DNA of 64,000 nucleotides, taken from assembly GCA_964490765.1 (NCBI GenBank), contig CAZBDV010000001.1, positions 145,437-209,436 on the forward strand, written 5' to 3'. Every line of letters begins with the position of its first letter. The stretch's first letter is position 1. The stretch comes from an uncultured Candidatus Cloacimonadota bacterium. Its GTDB lineage: Bacteria; Cloacimonadota; Cloacimonadia; Cloacimonadales; JAJBBL01. A model generated the notes under the pieces. It was not told the origin of the DNA and searched no databases. It saw nothing but the letters and a program-made list of their open reading frames with translations. The position numbers were made by a program, and so were the translations under genes. Of this stretch, positions 47,314 through 56,405 are shown one piece after another.

Positions 47314-50028
47314 TCACTCAGGTTGGAAGAGCCTGTAACCCTGCAGTTCACCCTCGCCCAGGCCAAAATGGAGAAACTGGTCGTTCTGGGATGTAGTGCC
47401 TCTACCACCGAAGAGTTCTCTGATCAGGGTTCTTCTACTGCCGTCGGGAAGTAGGATCTCGACCTCGACCTTGCTCCCGAAGGCTGGTGAATTGGGCATA
47501 GACTCCTGCCACTCCTCTCTCGTGGAAATTTTCACCTCCTCACCATCCCAGTAGGGTTTGATGAAGAGAGACCGAAAATCGTTTTCCGTATCGTTACGGA
47601 ATATTTTTACTCCGTTACCACTACCCACGATCAGGTCAAGCTTACCGTTACAATTCAGGTCAGCAACTGCATTACCCCAGCCATTATAGGTTCGTGTTCC
47701 CGACAGCCAGGTGATATCGGTGAAGGTGCCGTCACGGTTGTTAAGATAAAGATAGCTCCGGTCGTTTTCATAGACCGAGGTGATATAAATGTCTAAAAAG
47801 CCGTCATTATCAGCATCGAACCAGTTGGGGTCGGAATGGAGTTCATCGAAGGTAATACCTGCTTCCTCTGTTACATCGGTGAATTTATGATAGACAATGG
47901 TTGTATCTCCGATAGTTCGTTCGGACAGTCCATCATTACGAAGGAGCATGCTGATATCAGAGAATTCAATAAAACGTGGATGGGCCAGATTGGCGATGAA
48001 AAGATCCAGCCTGCCATTGTTATTGAAATCACCCCAGGCAGCACCTATTGTATGGCCGTAATAATCGTAATCTCCACCAGATCTATATCTGTTTCCAGCT
48101 AATCTATTTAATGCTGCCCGATCATGAAACATTCCCTCTTCGTATTCCCAGAAAAAGTTACGGTTTAAGCGATAATTACTTACAAATATTGATTGTCTGC
48201 CGTCATTGTTATGATCAGCAGGAGAGACACCCCTTCCTGCCATCCCTGGCTCTCTTGTATATGCTGGTGAGAGAAAACCGAGCTCTGTAATTTTATCATA
48301 AAAAACACCTCTGTTATTGTACCAGAAATGGTCCTGAAAACCGTGCTGTACCTGCCAGAGTTCATAACTGGCAGTATAGAGTGATGGGTAGCCAGTATTC
48401 TCGAAATCTATCCAGGCTGCACCTTCTGTCGGGGCAAAATCGTTAATATCTGCTCCTTCACTATCGAGGGGAAGGAATCTTCCATCGTCAAGATTTCTGA
48501 ACAGTGTATTACCAGGTCCTTCGATCGAGGATGAGAGAGCTGCAAAATCGAGCAGGCCATCTTTATCGAAATCTGCCCATAAGCCACCTGTAAATGAGTA
48601 GTTGACTATACCTGTATCTTCGGTCAGTTCTGTGAAAGACATAGCTCCCTCATTACGATAGAGCCTGTGACCGTTAAAGAGTAGATCAGGTAGTGTATCA
48701 TTGGTATAATCGCCAATGGCAATTCGACGAAACCGTAAACCATCGAAACCGGCTTCTTCAGTAATATCGGTGAAGACCGGTCCCTTGTAGTTCTTGATCC
48801 TACGGCTCCAGTCCATGATATTATCATCTGTTCTCACTTCCTGATGCAGTAATTCGAGATAACTCAAAGCTGAAGCATCAAACCTTTTCCGCGGTGCTCC
48901 GGCTATCAGGCAATCGATGAAATACTCAGCAGTCTTCAAAGGATCGGTATCATTATCGAGTAGTATGGCGAATCTACCCAGCCAGTAATTCTGTCCGGCA
49001 ATTTCTCCGAAATCGTTATTGGTAACATCTCTGGATTTCAATAGCGCAAAACCTCTGTAAAAGTATTCATCAGGCTGCTCGATAATTCTGGCTATTCTGT
49101 CCTCATCACCCCAGAACCCTTTAGCGGAGATTGTAAGATAGTAATATACTTTTGCCAGTTGCAGATCTCTCTTCTGTTCCCAGTACTTTCGGTCCCATTT
49201 CTGATAAAGTATGGATACGAAATCCTTATCATCAGGAAAATATGATTCTGTAACTAACTCTGCTGCTCTGAACAACAAGTTACTACTTTCTTGATCATCA
49301 AACGAACTGCGGAAACCTGGATCTGTGAGAAGACCGGCCAGAAGAACAGCCAGTGGTGCAGATATCTCGGGAAACGAGTCGATTTCATCTACTATGCGTT
49401 CATATTCCTCAAGATTGAGATACGAGATAAGTCTGTAATATATATTCGTATCCTGCCAGCTGGAATTGGGAAACTTTAGTAGAAAATCTTCGCTCAAAGA
49501 AACTCTCAGGCTATCGTTATGCTCAACTGCAATTTCATCTATAAAACGCTGAATATAATTATCGAATAGAACTGGGTAGTGAGAGAAATCCCGCATCTCA
49601 GAAAAGAGAGTCTCTTCGTCTATCTCGCCTAGTGCATGCTCCAGAATCAGTCTCTCTGACGGTAATTTGAAAAAAGTTCTGATTTGTTCTATCTGGTCTT
49701 TCTTAGATTCTATTGAAAGCTCATCTGTTTCATTTTCGCTATATATAGTGAAGAGTCGGAATGCATCCTCAAGTTCTTTCAAGTTCAGTACTTTTAACTC
49801 GAGGTTTTCTACTATTACAGTACTATCCTGTCTGGCCAGGGCTATATCCTCCATCATATCATATAGTATAATTTCTTGTGGAGATTGTTCTATTTGCTCC
49901 CTGATAACAGATTCTGGAATCTCCCATAGCTCACGCTCATAACAGAATCTCAGTTCTTCGATAGTTAGAGCCGCTACAGAGATGGTGGAATATATGAGCA
50001 GAAGGAAGAATAATACAAGAGTTCTCAA
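47314..50028 (-). CDS. Secreted CRTAC1-like protein: helical N-terminal region, FG-GAP/VCBS repeats and a C-terminal ASPIC/UnbV domain
   Basis: Signal peptide. Repeated Ca-binding-type loops (DFDKDGLLDF, GDFNNNGRLDLFIAN, DADNDGFLDIYITS, ADLNCNGKLDLIVGS). UnbV-like tail (GSKVEVEILLPDGSRR...GRGTTSQNDQFLHFGLG). Confidence 0.75.
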   Translation of the reverse strand: MRTLVLFFLLLIYSTISVAALTIEELRFCYERELWEIPESVIREQIEQSPQEIILYDMMEDIALARQDSTVIVENLELKVLNLKELEDAFRLFTIYSENETDELSIESKKDQIEQIRTFFKLPSERLILEHALGEIDEETLFSEMRDFSHYPVLFDNYIQRFIDEIAVEHNDSLRVSLSEDFLLKFPNSSWQDTNIYYRLISYLNLEEYERIVDEIDSFPEISAPLAVLLAGLLTDPGFRSSFDDQESSNLLFRAAELVTESYFPDDKDFVSILYQKWDRKYWEQKRDLQLAKVYYYLTISAKGFWGDEDRIARIIEQPDEYFYRGFALLKSRDVTNNDFGEIAGQNYWLGRFAILLDNDTDPLKTAEYFIDCLIAGAPRKRFDASALSYLELLHQEVRTDDNIMDWSRRIKNYKGPVFTDITEEAGFDGLRFRRIAIGDYTNDTLPDLLFNGHRLYRNEGAMSFTELTEDTGIVNYSFTGGLWADFDKDGLLDFAALSSSIEGPGNTLFRNLDDGRFLPLDSEGADINDFAPTEGAAWIDFENTGYPSLYTASYELWQVQHGFQDHFWYNNRGVFYDKITELGFLSPAYTREPGMAGRGVSPADHNNDGRQSIFVSNYRLNRNFFWEYEEGMFHDRAALNRLAGNRYRSGGDYDYYGHTIGAAWGDFNNNGRLDLFIANLAHPRFIEFSDISMLLRNDGLSERTIGDTTIVYHKFTDVTEEAGITFDELHSDPNWFDADNDGFLDIYITSVYENDRSYLYLNNRDGTFTDITWLSGTRTYNGWGNAVADLNCNGKLDLIVGSGNGVKIFRNDTENDFRSLFIKPYWDGEEVKISTREEWQESMPNSPAFGSKVEVEILLPDGSRRTLIRELFGGRGTTSQNDQFLHFGLGEGELQGYRLFQPE

Positions 50029-50056
50029 TCTCTACTTACCCAGATTAATTTCCATC

Positions 50057-51058
50057 TTATCTTTCCTTATCGATATGCTCAATAATCTTTTCAACGACCG
50101 TCTTAGCTTTCATCCCCTCCGCTTCAGCAGCGAAAGAGATAATAACTCTGTGTTGTAAAACAATAGCCGCTACCCTTCTGACGTCTGCTTCCGAGGGGGT
50201 CGCTCTACCTTCCAGAGCTGCCCTTGTCTTCGCTGCCAGTACTAGATACTGAGAAGCTCGTGGTCCGGCACCCCAGCTAACCCATCTCTTGACGAAATCT
50301 GCAGCTTCTGGATATTCAGGACGAGATGCTCTCGCCAGTTTTACAGCATAATCCAGAACATGTTCACTTACCGGTAGGCTAAGAATCATCTTCTGCATTT
50401 CTATTATTTCAGGGGCTGAGAGAACAGGCTCAATCTCTTCAGGTATGCCACCTGTAGTTCTGATCACTATCTCTCTCTCCTCGTCATAAGAGGGGTAATA
50501 GATGTTGATATTGAACATGAATCTATCCAACTGTGCTTCCGGTAGAGGATATGTCCCCTCCTGCTCGATTGGATTTTGAGTAGCCAGCACAAGAAAAGGC
50601 TGGTCGAGATGATAGGTTGTATTTCCTGCTGTCACCTGATACTCCTGCATTGACTGTAAAAGGGCAGCCTGAGTCTTGGGTGGTGTACGATTAATCTCGT
50701 CGGCCAGAATGACATTGGAAAAGATCGGGCCTTTAATGTATTCGAAATATCTTTTACCGTCCGCCTTACTCTCAGCCAATATATCGGTTCCTGTGATATC
50801 AGAAGGCATCAGGTCGGGTGTAAATTGTATTCTGCTAAACTTAAGATTCAGAGCCTTTGATAGGCTTGAGATCAGAAGTGTTTTTGCCAGACCGGGTACA
50901 CCCTCAACCAGACAGTGCCCATGAGCAAAAAGGGCAATCAGTATTTCTTCAATCACCCTGTCCTGACCTATTATAACCTTTCTTATCTCTTTTAGAACTC
51001 TTTCTCTATCTGTCTTTAACTTCTCAAGCATCGCAATTCTGTTCTTCTCATCACTCAT
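50057..51058 (-). CDS. MoxR-family AAA+ ATPase
   Basis: IIGQDRVIEEILIAL..GHCLVEGVPGLAKT, RIQFTPDLMPSDITG. Start at MSDEK (SD AAGGAG 9 nt upstream) overlaps the upstream stop by 8 nt. Confidence 0.85.
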   Translation of the reverse strand: MSDEKNRIAMLEKLKTDRERVLKEIRKVIIGQDRVIEEILIALFAHGHCLVEGVPGLAKTLLISSLSKALNLKFSRIQFTPDLMPSDITGTDILAESKADGKRYFEYIKGPIFSNVILADEINRTPPKTQAALLQSMQEYQVTAGNTTYHLDQPFLVLATQNPIEQEGTYPLPEAQLDRFMFNINIYYPSYDEEREIVIRTTGGIPEEIEPVLSAPEIIEMQKMILSLPVSEHVLDYAVKLARASRPEYPEAADFVKRWVSWGAGPRASQYLVLAAKTRAALEGRATPSEADVRRVAAIVLQHRVIISFAAEAEGMKAKTVVEKIIEHIDKER

Positions 51059-52055
51059 AAAAATCATCTCCTTTCTTCATTATCGTCATAAGCCTGACTC
51101 CAGCATAACTATAAGCAAAGATACCAATAGTTACGATGATCAAACCTGTCAAGATATGTGAAAATAGCATGATAGCCCCTGACAATTCAGCCTGCATTCC
51201 AAAACCAGCAGCAAATATCAGGGTCATTATCAGTTCATTACTCCCCAGCTGAGCTGGTGGATGTGGTATTATATATGATAGATAAATAAGGGTATAACCA
51301 AGTAGAACATAGAAGTAATTGACTTCGGTAGAGAAAGCCTGAAACAGGGAAAAAAAGAAAAAGCTGTCGAATAGAATTGCTCCAATAGAGAAGATTATTA
51401 CAGGAAATATCAGATGTTTCTGATTCTTGAATACTGCAAGGCCATCTACAAATAGAGACAGCGTTTCATCCAACTTATCTTCATATCTGACCGGCACGAA
51501 GAAGCAGATTTTTTTCAGAATACCAACCACCTTTTCTCCAGCATAGATTGCAGTAAAGAGAATAAAGAGACCGATAAGGAGAATTAACAGAATGATGAAT
51601 ATCAAAATCGTCAACAGGGGGGGGAGAGATACTGAAAGTATGGGGACGAGCAGGAGAACAAAGAGTATGCCTATTGTATCGAAAAGTTTATCGATAAATA
51701 CGGAAGGTAATGTACTCGTCATTCTCGTTCCATATAGCTTCTTAACAAAATAACATTTCATCAATTCTCCCGCTCTCAGGGGGATGATATAATTGGTGAA
51801 ATTTCCAGCCATAAGTATCAGGAAGGATTTCGATCGGGAAATCGGTTGTACACGGTGTAAAAGAAGTCTCCATCGAAGCGATCTGAAATAGTAAGCTGAG
51901 ACATAAAAAGCCGCAGCAATAAGCACATAAAGTAGCTTAAGATTCTGCAAATAGTATCTTATGGTCGCGATGTCAACAAAGCGGAACCAGATCAGGAGAA
52001 AAATTACTCCGATTCCTGTCCCAACCAAGATCGTTCGTAACTTACTTTTCATCAA
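51051..52055 (-). CDS. UPF0104 / lysylphosphatidylglycerol-synthase-TM-region-like integral membrane protein
   Basis: 334 aa and multi-TM. Family-like signature FRSLRWRLLL...GNFTNYIIPLRAGELMKCYF. Confidence 0.6.
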   Translation of the reverse strand: MMKSKLRTILVGTGIGVIFLLIWFRFVDIATIRYYLQNLKLLYVLIAAAFYVSAYYFRSLRWRLLLHRVQPISRSKSFLILMAGNFTNYIIPLRAGELMKCYFVKKLYGTRMTSTLPSVFIDKLFDTIGILFVLLLVPILSVSLPPLLTILIFIILLILLIGLFILFTAIYAGEKVVGILKKICFFVPVRYEDKLDETLSLFVDGLAVFKNQKHLIFPVIIFSIGAILFDSFFFFSLFQAFSTEVNYFYVLLGYTLIYLSYIIPHPPAQLGSNELIMTLIFAAGFGMQAELSGAIMLFSHILTGLIIVTIGIFAYSYAGVRLMTIMKKGDDFYE

Positions 52056-52117
52056 ATCTCTTTATCTATCCTTTCTCCATAAAACAATTGAAACAGCAGT
52101 TCAATAACAAAACAACA

Positions 52118-52966
52118 CTAACTGCTCTCGGTTTTTCTAATGTAAAGATAATAATGGTGATGAGCCCAGAACCGTTTCAATATTTCTGGTAGTTTCCTTT
52201 CCAGGCCATTATACTTTAACATTCGTTGCGTAAAATTTTCATCCCTTCCACGATAAAAACTCATAATCGATGTTCCCTTTGTCTCATCAGCATCTTTGTC
52301 GAGAAGAAAACCGAGATAGAGTTTCTTCAGAAAGTGCTCTTTCTTCATACCAATATCGGGCCAGGGTGGACAATCTATCAGCCTCTCCTCTGCCAATTTC
52401 CAACCAAGATTACTCATTATTCTGGAGAAACAGGAGTATTTTATCGAATCAGTATCTACTACTTCTTTATAGGTCTTCTTGCTCATTATCTTCTGCATTA
52501 AAAACCCGGGACCAGTCCTATTCGGTACGATGATAAGTATTATCTTCTTTGAAACTCTGTCCAATTCAGCGAGGAAACTCTCAATATCTTTAACAAACCA
52601 AAGTGCAGAGAAATTCCAGCTCATATCGAACTCATAATCGTTAACCGGTAGAGAGGTAAAGTTTTCCGAATACTTAAGATTCACCGGCAGTTTGCACTCT
52701 TTCCATAACTTTTCTATCATTACCAATCGTTCACTATTGTCATCGGTCAGAGTTATCTCTTTTCCCTCCTGGGCCATATTCATGCTGTTAATCCCCGAAA
52801 TACCTGTAAAACCAAAGATTGGTGCTTCCAGAACAGTTTTTACATCGTGTTCCTGGCAAATCCTTGTCAGGTGTTGATTAAGGATTACCCTTTCATAAGA
52901 TGAACCGAGCCCTTCATTCTCGTTTTGAAAATAATTTTTCCAATCATCAATAATTGGTATAGCCAT
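52118..52966 (-). CDS. Hypothetical protein, possibly a Rossmann-fold methyltransferase-like protein
   Basis: 282 aa. Topology resembles class I MTases (VLEAPIFGFTGISG ... ITLTDD ... FDMSWNFSAL ... ILIIVPN) but the glycine motif is atypical. Confidence 0.45.
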   Translation of the reverse strand: MAIPIIDDWKNYFQNENEGLGSSYERVILNQHLTRICQEHDVKTVLEAPIFGFTGISGINSMNMAQEGKEITLTDDNSERLVMIEKLWKECKLPVNLKYSENFTSLPVNDYEFDMSWNFSALWFVKDIESFLAELDRVSKKIILIIVPNRTGPGFLMQKIMSKKTYKEVVDTDSIKYSCFSRIMSNLGWKLAEERLIDCPPWPDIGMKKEHFLKKLYLGFLLDKDADETKGTSIMSFYRGRDENFTQRMLKYNGLERKLPEILKRFWAHHHYYLYIRKTESS

Positions 52967-53001
52967 TTCTCTCCCCTACCTGCTGACAATGTTCTGCTGT
53001 T

Positions 53002-53986
53002 TTACTTTATGCTATGAGTCTTTTTATACCAGTCCACAACTACCTTGAAATCCGGTATCGTCTTAGCATGCCGTAAAAATAGATCCTTAAAAGCATCAGA
53101 ACAGTCATAGAACCAGCTGTTACTGATCAACTTGATTCGATTATGAAAATTATGCAACCCGTGTTTTTCTGCAAAACGAGCTAATCTGCGGAATATTTTA
53201 ACAGAGATATACCTGTTACCTGGATAATCTCTCTTATACAAACGATTGCTGATGAAATCTACCAGTTCGTCTAATTGAACGGGATACCGATCAGGCAATA
53301 TTGTAAATTTTGTTACCTCTGAACTCATCTTCTGCAAGCTTATAGAAAGCGTCTGCTACGATATCAATATTGGCCAGGTGGATTATCTTCGTTATGTCGG
53401 GTAGAAAAATTAGCTTCCTGTGCACCAGTTTCACAAGTGTATAGGGAAATCCATAATCATCTTCACCATAAGTAATGGCAGGTCGGATAATAACTGCTTT
53501 CAGACCAGCCAGTGCATGCTTCTGTATAATAGACTCTGCCTTGATCTTGGTATCATGATATACATTGTCACCCTGATATTGAGTCTTGACTGTTGCAGGT
53601 AACTCCTGTGGTATAGCACCGTAAACCCCTACAGAAGAGCAAAAGAGCAATTTGCTCTCATTCTTTAATGATACCTCCGCGATCTGTTCAGTAGCCTTGA
53701 CATTGGTATCATAATAGATTCTTTTCGGATATTTTTTCCCACCTCTGAGAGCTCCGATATGGATAATAGTATCGAATTTTTCATGATTAAGAAAACTTCT
53801 CAATTTCTGTGTATCTGCCAGGTCAATTTTAATCAACTCAACGTTATTTGCGAGGAATTTGAGCCGCCTAGTTGACGTTCCTGGCCTTACAATAGCCGTA
53901 AAATTCGTCTTCTTGGCTATGAGTAACCGTGCAACATTGCTCCCGATAAATCCAGTCGCACCAGTTAATAGAATTCTGTTAGCCAT
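53002..53986 (-). pseudogene. NAD-dependent epimerase/dehydratase (extended SDR) split by a single-base frameshift
   Basis: ORF 53291..53986 has LLTGATGFIGSNV and ends ...GNKIYNIA-TGA. ORF 53002..53337, in another frame, continues with DRYPVQLDELVDFISNRL...VDWYKK, the expected SDR C-terminus. The combined length is about 328 aa. Confidence 0.65.
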
Positions 53987-54779
53987 TGTTGATTATTCTC
54001 AAGAGTCGATGAAATAAACTCTCAGTATCTCGATCTTTTCTGATAGGTTGAATTTCTGGATTCAAGAACTCAACAGGTTCATTTCTTAAAATCCGGGCAG
54101 GATTATCGCACATCAGCTTTTTCACCGGAACATCGGTATAGTTCTCCCTTAATAGATTCTCAAGAGTAGCGAGAGAATAGCTATCTGTCCTGCAATGATG
54201 ATCTGATGCAATAAAATGGATATAACCGTGGTGAAACATTTCCCATACTGTACTGGTGACAAGACTGCCGTATTCACCGAGAAAGCTGCCGGCATTGGCC
54301 TGCAGATAGACATTACGATGAATGAGTTCTTCAGCAATATTGATGTTTTTCATAATATCTATATATCTTTCGGGATGGGCCAGTATTGGTCTGAGGCCAT
54401 CTTTGACCATCTGATAGAGCATATCAAAAAGGTTGATGGGGAAACCGTGCATAGCGGTCTCTACAAGGACATAATCGCTGTCTGCCATCCTGAATTTATC
54501 GAAATCGATCATCTTGCCTCTCATTTGCGTAAGATATACTTCGATCCCGCTGATTAGATTAATACCTATACTCTCTTCGAGCGCAGCTTCTCTGAGGAGC
54601 TTTATTTCTCCACGGATAAGCGTTTTGGTATTATCATATTCACCCGGCATATAGTGAGGAGTGAGGAATATGTCAGTCACACCGCTATCCTGAGCCAATT
54701 TTAGTGCTTTTAGAGCATCTTCGATGTCCTCTGCTCCATCATCGATATAGGGTAAAATGTGGGTGTGAATATCAATCAT
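53979..54779 (-). CDS. CpsB/YwqE-type PHP-family metal-dependent phosphatase
   Basis: MIDIHTHILPYIDDGAEDIEDAL N-terminus, TPHY, HPERY and SDHH motifs. 4-nt overlap with the upstream GGGPS-like gene and 8-nt overlap with the downstream SDR gene. Confidence 0.75.
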   Translation of the reverse strand: MIDIHTHILPYIDDGAEDIEDALKALKLAQDSGVTDIFLTPHYMPGEYDNTKTLIRGEIKLLREAALEESIGINLISGIEVYLTQMRGKMIDFDKFRMADSDYVLVETAMHGFPINLFDMLYQMVKDGLRPILAHPERYIDIMKNINIAEELIHRNVYLQANAGSFLGEYGSLVTSTVWEMFHHGYIHFIASDHHCRTDSYSLATLENLLRENYTDVPVKKLMCDNPARILRNEPVEFLNPEIQPIRKDRDTESLFHRLLRIINNG

Positions 54780-55519
54780 TTTCTCAGGCTGTGTATTGCT
54801 TGAACGAATTCCGATAACAATCTCTGATCGTTGTTCTTTTCCAGAACTGTACCGGTTACTATGATGTCTGCTCCCGCCTCAGCTATGACAGTTGCTTTCT
54901 CGGGAGTTCGTATCCCTCCTCCTACAATGATGGGAAGGTCGGTTGTTGACCTGGCCTGCTTGATCATGTCCACCGGAACCGGCCTTTCTGCACCGCTACC
55001 AGCTTCTAGATAAATCATCTTCATCCCGATATATTCAGCAGCCATTATATGAGCTGCGAGGATATCAGGCTTATCTCGCGGAATTGGAAGACTATTACTA
55101 ATATACTGCACTGATGTAAGTTTCCCTGATTCTATGAGAATATAAGCTGTACTGATTGCTTCCAGGCCATTTTTTCTTATTAGTGGTGCGGCTCTTACCT
55201 GTTCACCTATCAATAATTGTGCATTCCGGCTGCTTATCATATTTAGGAATAGTATCGCATCTGCATGTGGTGAAAAGGTGTTTAAAATCCCGGGAAAGAT
55301 CAGGAGGGGTATTTTGATCTGTTCCTTCAATTTCTTGATACAGTCACTTACTTCTCTGTGCATCAGTATACTGCTCCCGATTAATATCCCGTCGACGCCA
55401 AGCTTTTCAGCTTTCTGAGCAAGGTGAAAAGCCTCATCAGGACCACTCTTATCAGGATCTATCAGAATGAAATATGCCGGTTTAGGCATGTTGATCAGTT
55501 TTTTATAGATGTGATTCAT
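54776..55519 (-). CDS. Geranylgeranylglyceryl-phosphate synthase-like protein (PcrB/GGGPS family)
   Basis: 247 aa TIM-barrel-type protein. FILIDPDK, GVDGILIGSS, IYLEAGSGA, IIVGGGIRTPEKA. Confidence 0.75.
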   Translation of the reverse strand: MNHIYKKLINMPKPAYFILIDPDKSGPDEAFHLAQKAEKLGVDGILIGSSILMHREVSDCIKKLKEQIKIPLLIFPGILNTFSPHADAILFLNMISSRNAQLLIGEQVRAAPLIRKNGLEAISTAYILIESGKLTSVQYISNSLPIPRDKPDILAAHIMAAEYIGMKMIYLEAGSGAERPVPVDMIKQARSTTDLPIIVGGGIRTPEKATVIAEAGADIIVTGTVLEKNNDQRLLSEFVQAIHSLRK

Positions 55520-55565
55520 AATTTATACCTTTTATTTGACTCGCTTGTTTCCTTCTTTAGCTCAA

Positions 55566-56405
55566 TTATCCTATAAATATCAATACAAACAACAGTACCA
55601 ACATATGTAGCTTTATGAGTGTGGACGATTCGTTTAGTTTACTGGAAGTTATATTACGAAACAGATTGACGTATATAAGTAGAAGTGGGATAGTATATAG
55701 TAAAAATACTACCCAAAAACTTGTCTGTGTACTAATAACGCTGGAGAGTCGCATCCCGTAACCTATCACCAGTAAACCGGCAAGTATAACTGCCGGAATT
55801 AAAGATATTAGAACAGCTTTCTGTTCTCCATAGATAGTTGCCAGTGTTTTGACCTGTAATCTCTCGTCTCCTCTTTTATCTTCTGCATCTTTAACTATTT
55901 CTCTTACTAAAGTATACAAGAGCGTATAGGCAAAGATCGGAAGAATATTTGTAACATTGTTTCCGACAACAGCTCCGAAAAGAAAAGTACTAGCTGTGGT
56001 ATAAGAGACTACAATATTGCCCACTAGCACTGATCTTTTCAGCTTTTTCGCATAGAAATAGAGAAGTAACGAATTGATAATAGCTATAATTATAGCCCAG
56101 ATATTGGCTGTGAAGAAGCTGAGCGAAAAGCCCAATACAAAGAGAAACAATGAATAGAGGTAGGCACGTTCCGGGGCAATTTTTCCTCTCGGCATAATAC
56201 GCTGTGGTTTATTGACTATATCTATATGGAGATCATAGAAATCGTTAATAACATAACCACCGGCTGCAATAAAAATAGCCGAAAGAATAGCAAAGATCAT
56301 TGCTGTAAAATCAACCATATAATTGTTTAAAAGCCCTCCGGCCAATACTGCCAAACCTATGAAGAGACAGTTAAAAGGCCTGATAATCATTAGATAATAT
56401 TTCAC
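55566..56405 (-). CDS. UbiA-family prenyltransferase, digeranylgeranylglyceryl-phosphate synthase-like
   Basis: 279 aa, about 8 TM. First Asp-rich motif NDFYDLHIDIVNKPQRIMPRGKI. Second motif DAEDKRGD. 4-nt overlap with the upstream polyprenyl synthase. Confidence 0.65.
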   Translation of the reverse strand: MKYYLMIIRPFNCLFIGLAVLAGGLLNNYMVDFTAMIFAILSAIFIAAGGYVINDFYDLHIDIVNKPQRIMPRGKIAPERAYLYSLFLFVLGFSLSFFTANIWAIIIAIINSLLLYFYAKKLKRSVLVGNIVVSYTTASTFLFGAVVGNNVTNILPIFAYTLLYTLVREIVKDAEDKRGDERLQVKTLATIYGEQKAVLISLIPAVILAGLLVIGYGMRLSSVISTQTSFWVVFLLYTIPLLLIYVNLFRNITSSKLNESSTLIKLHMLVLLFVLIFIG

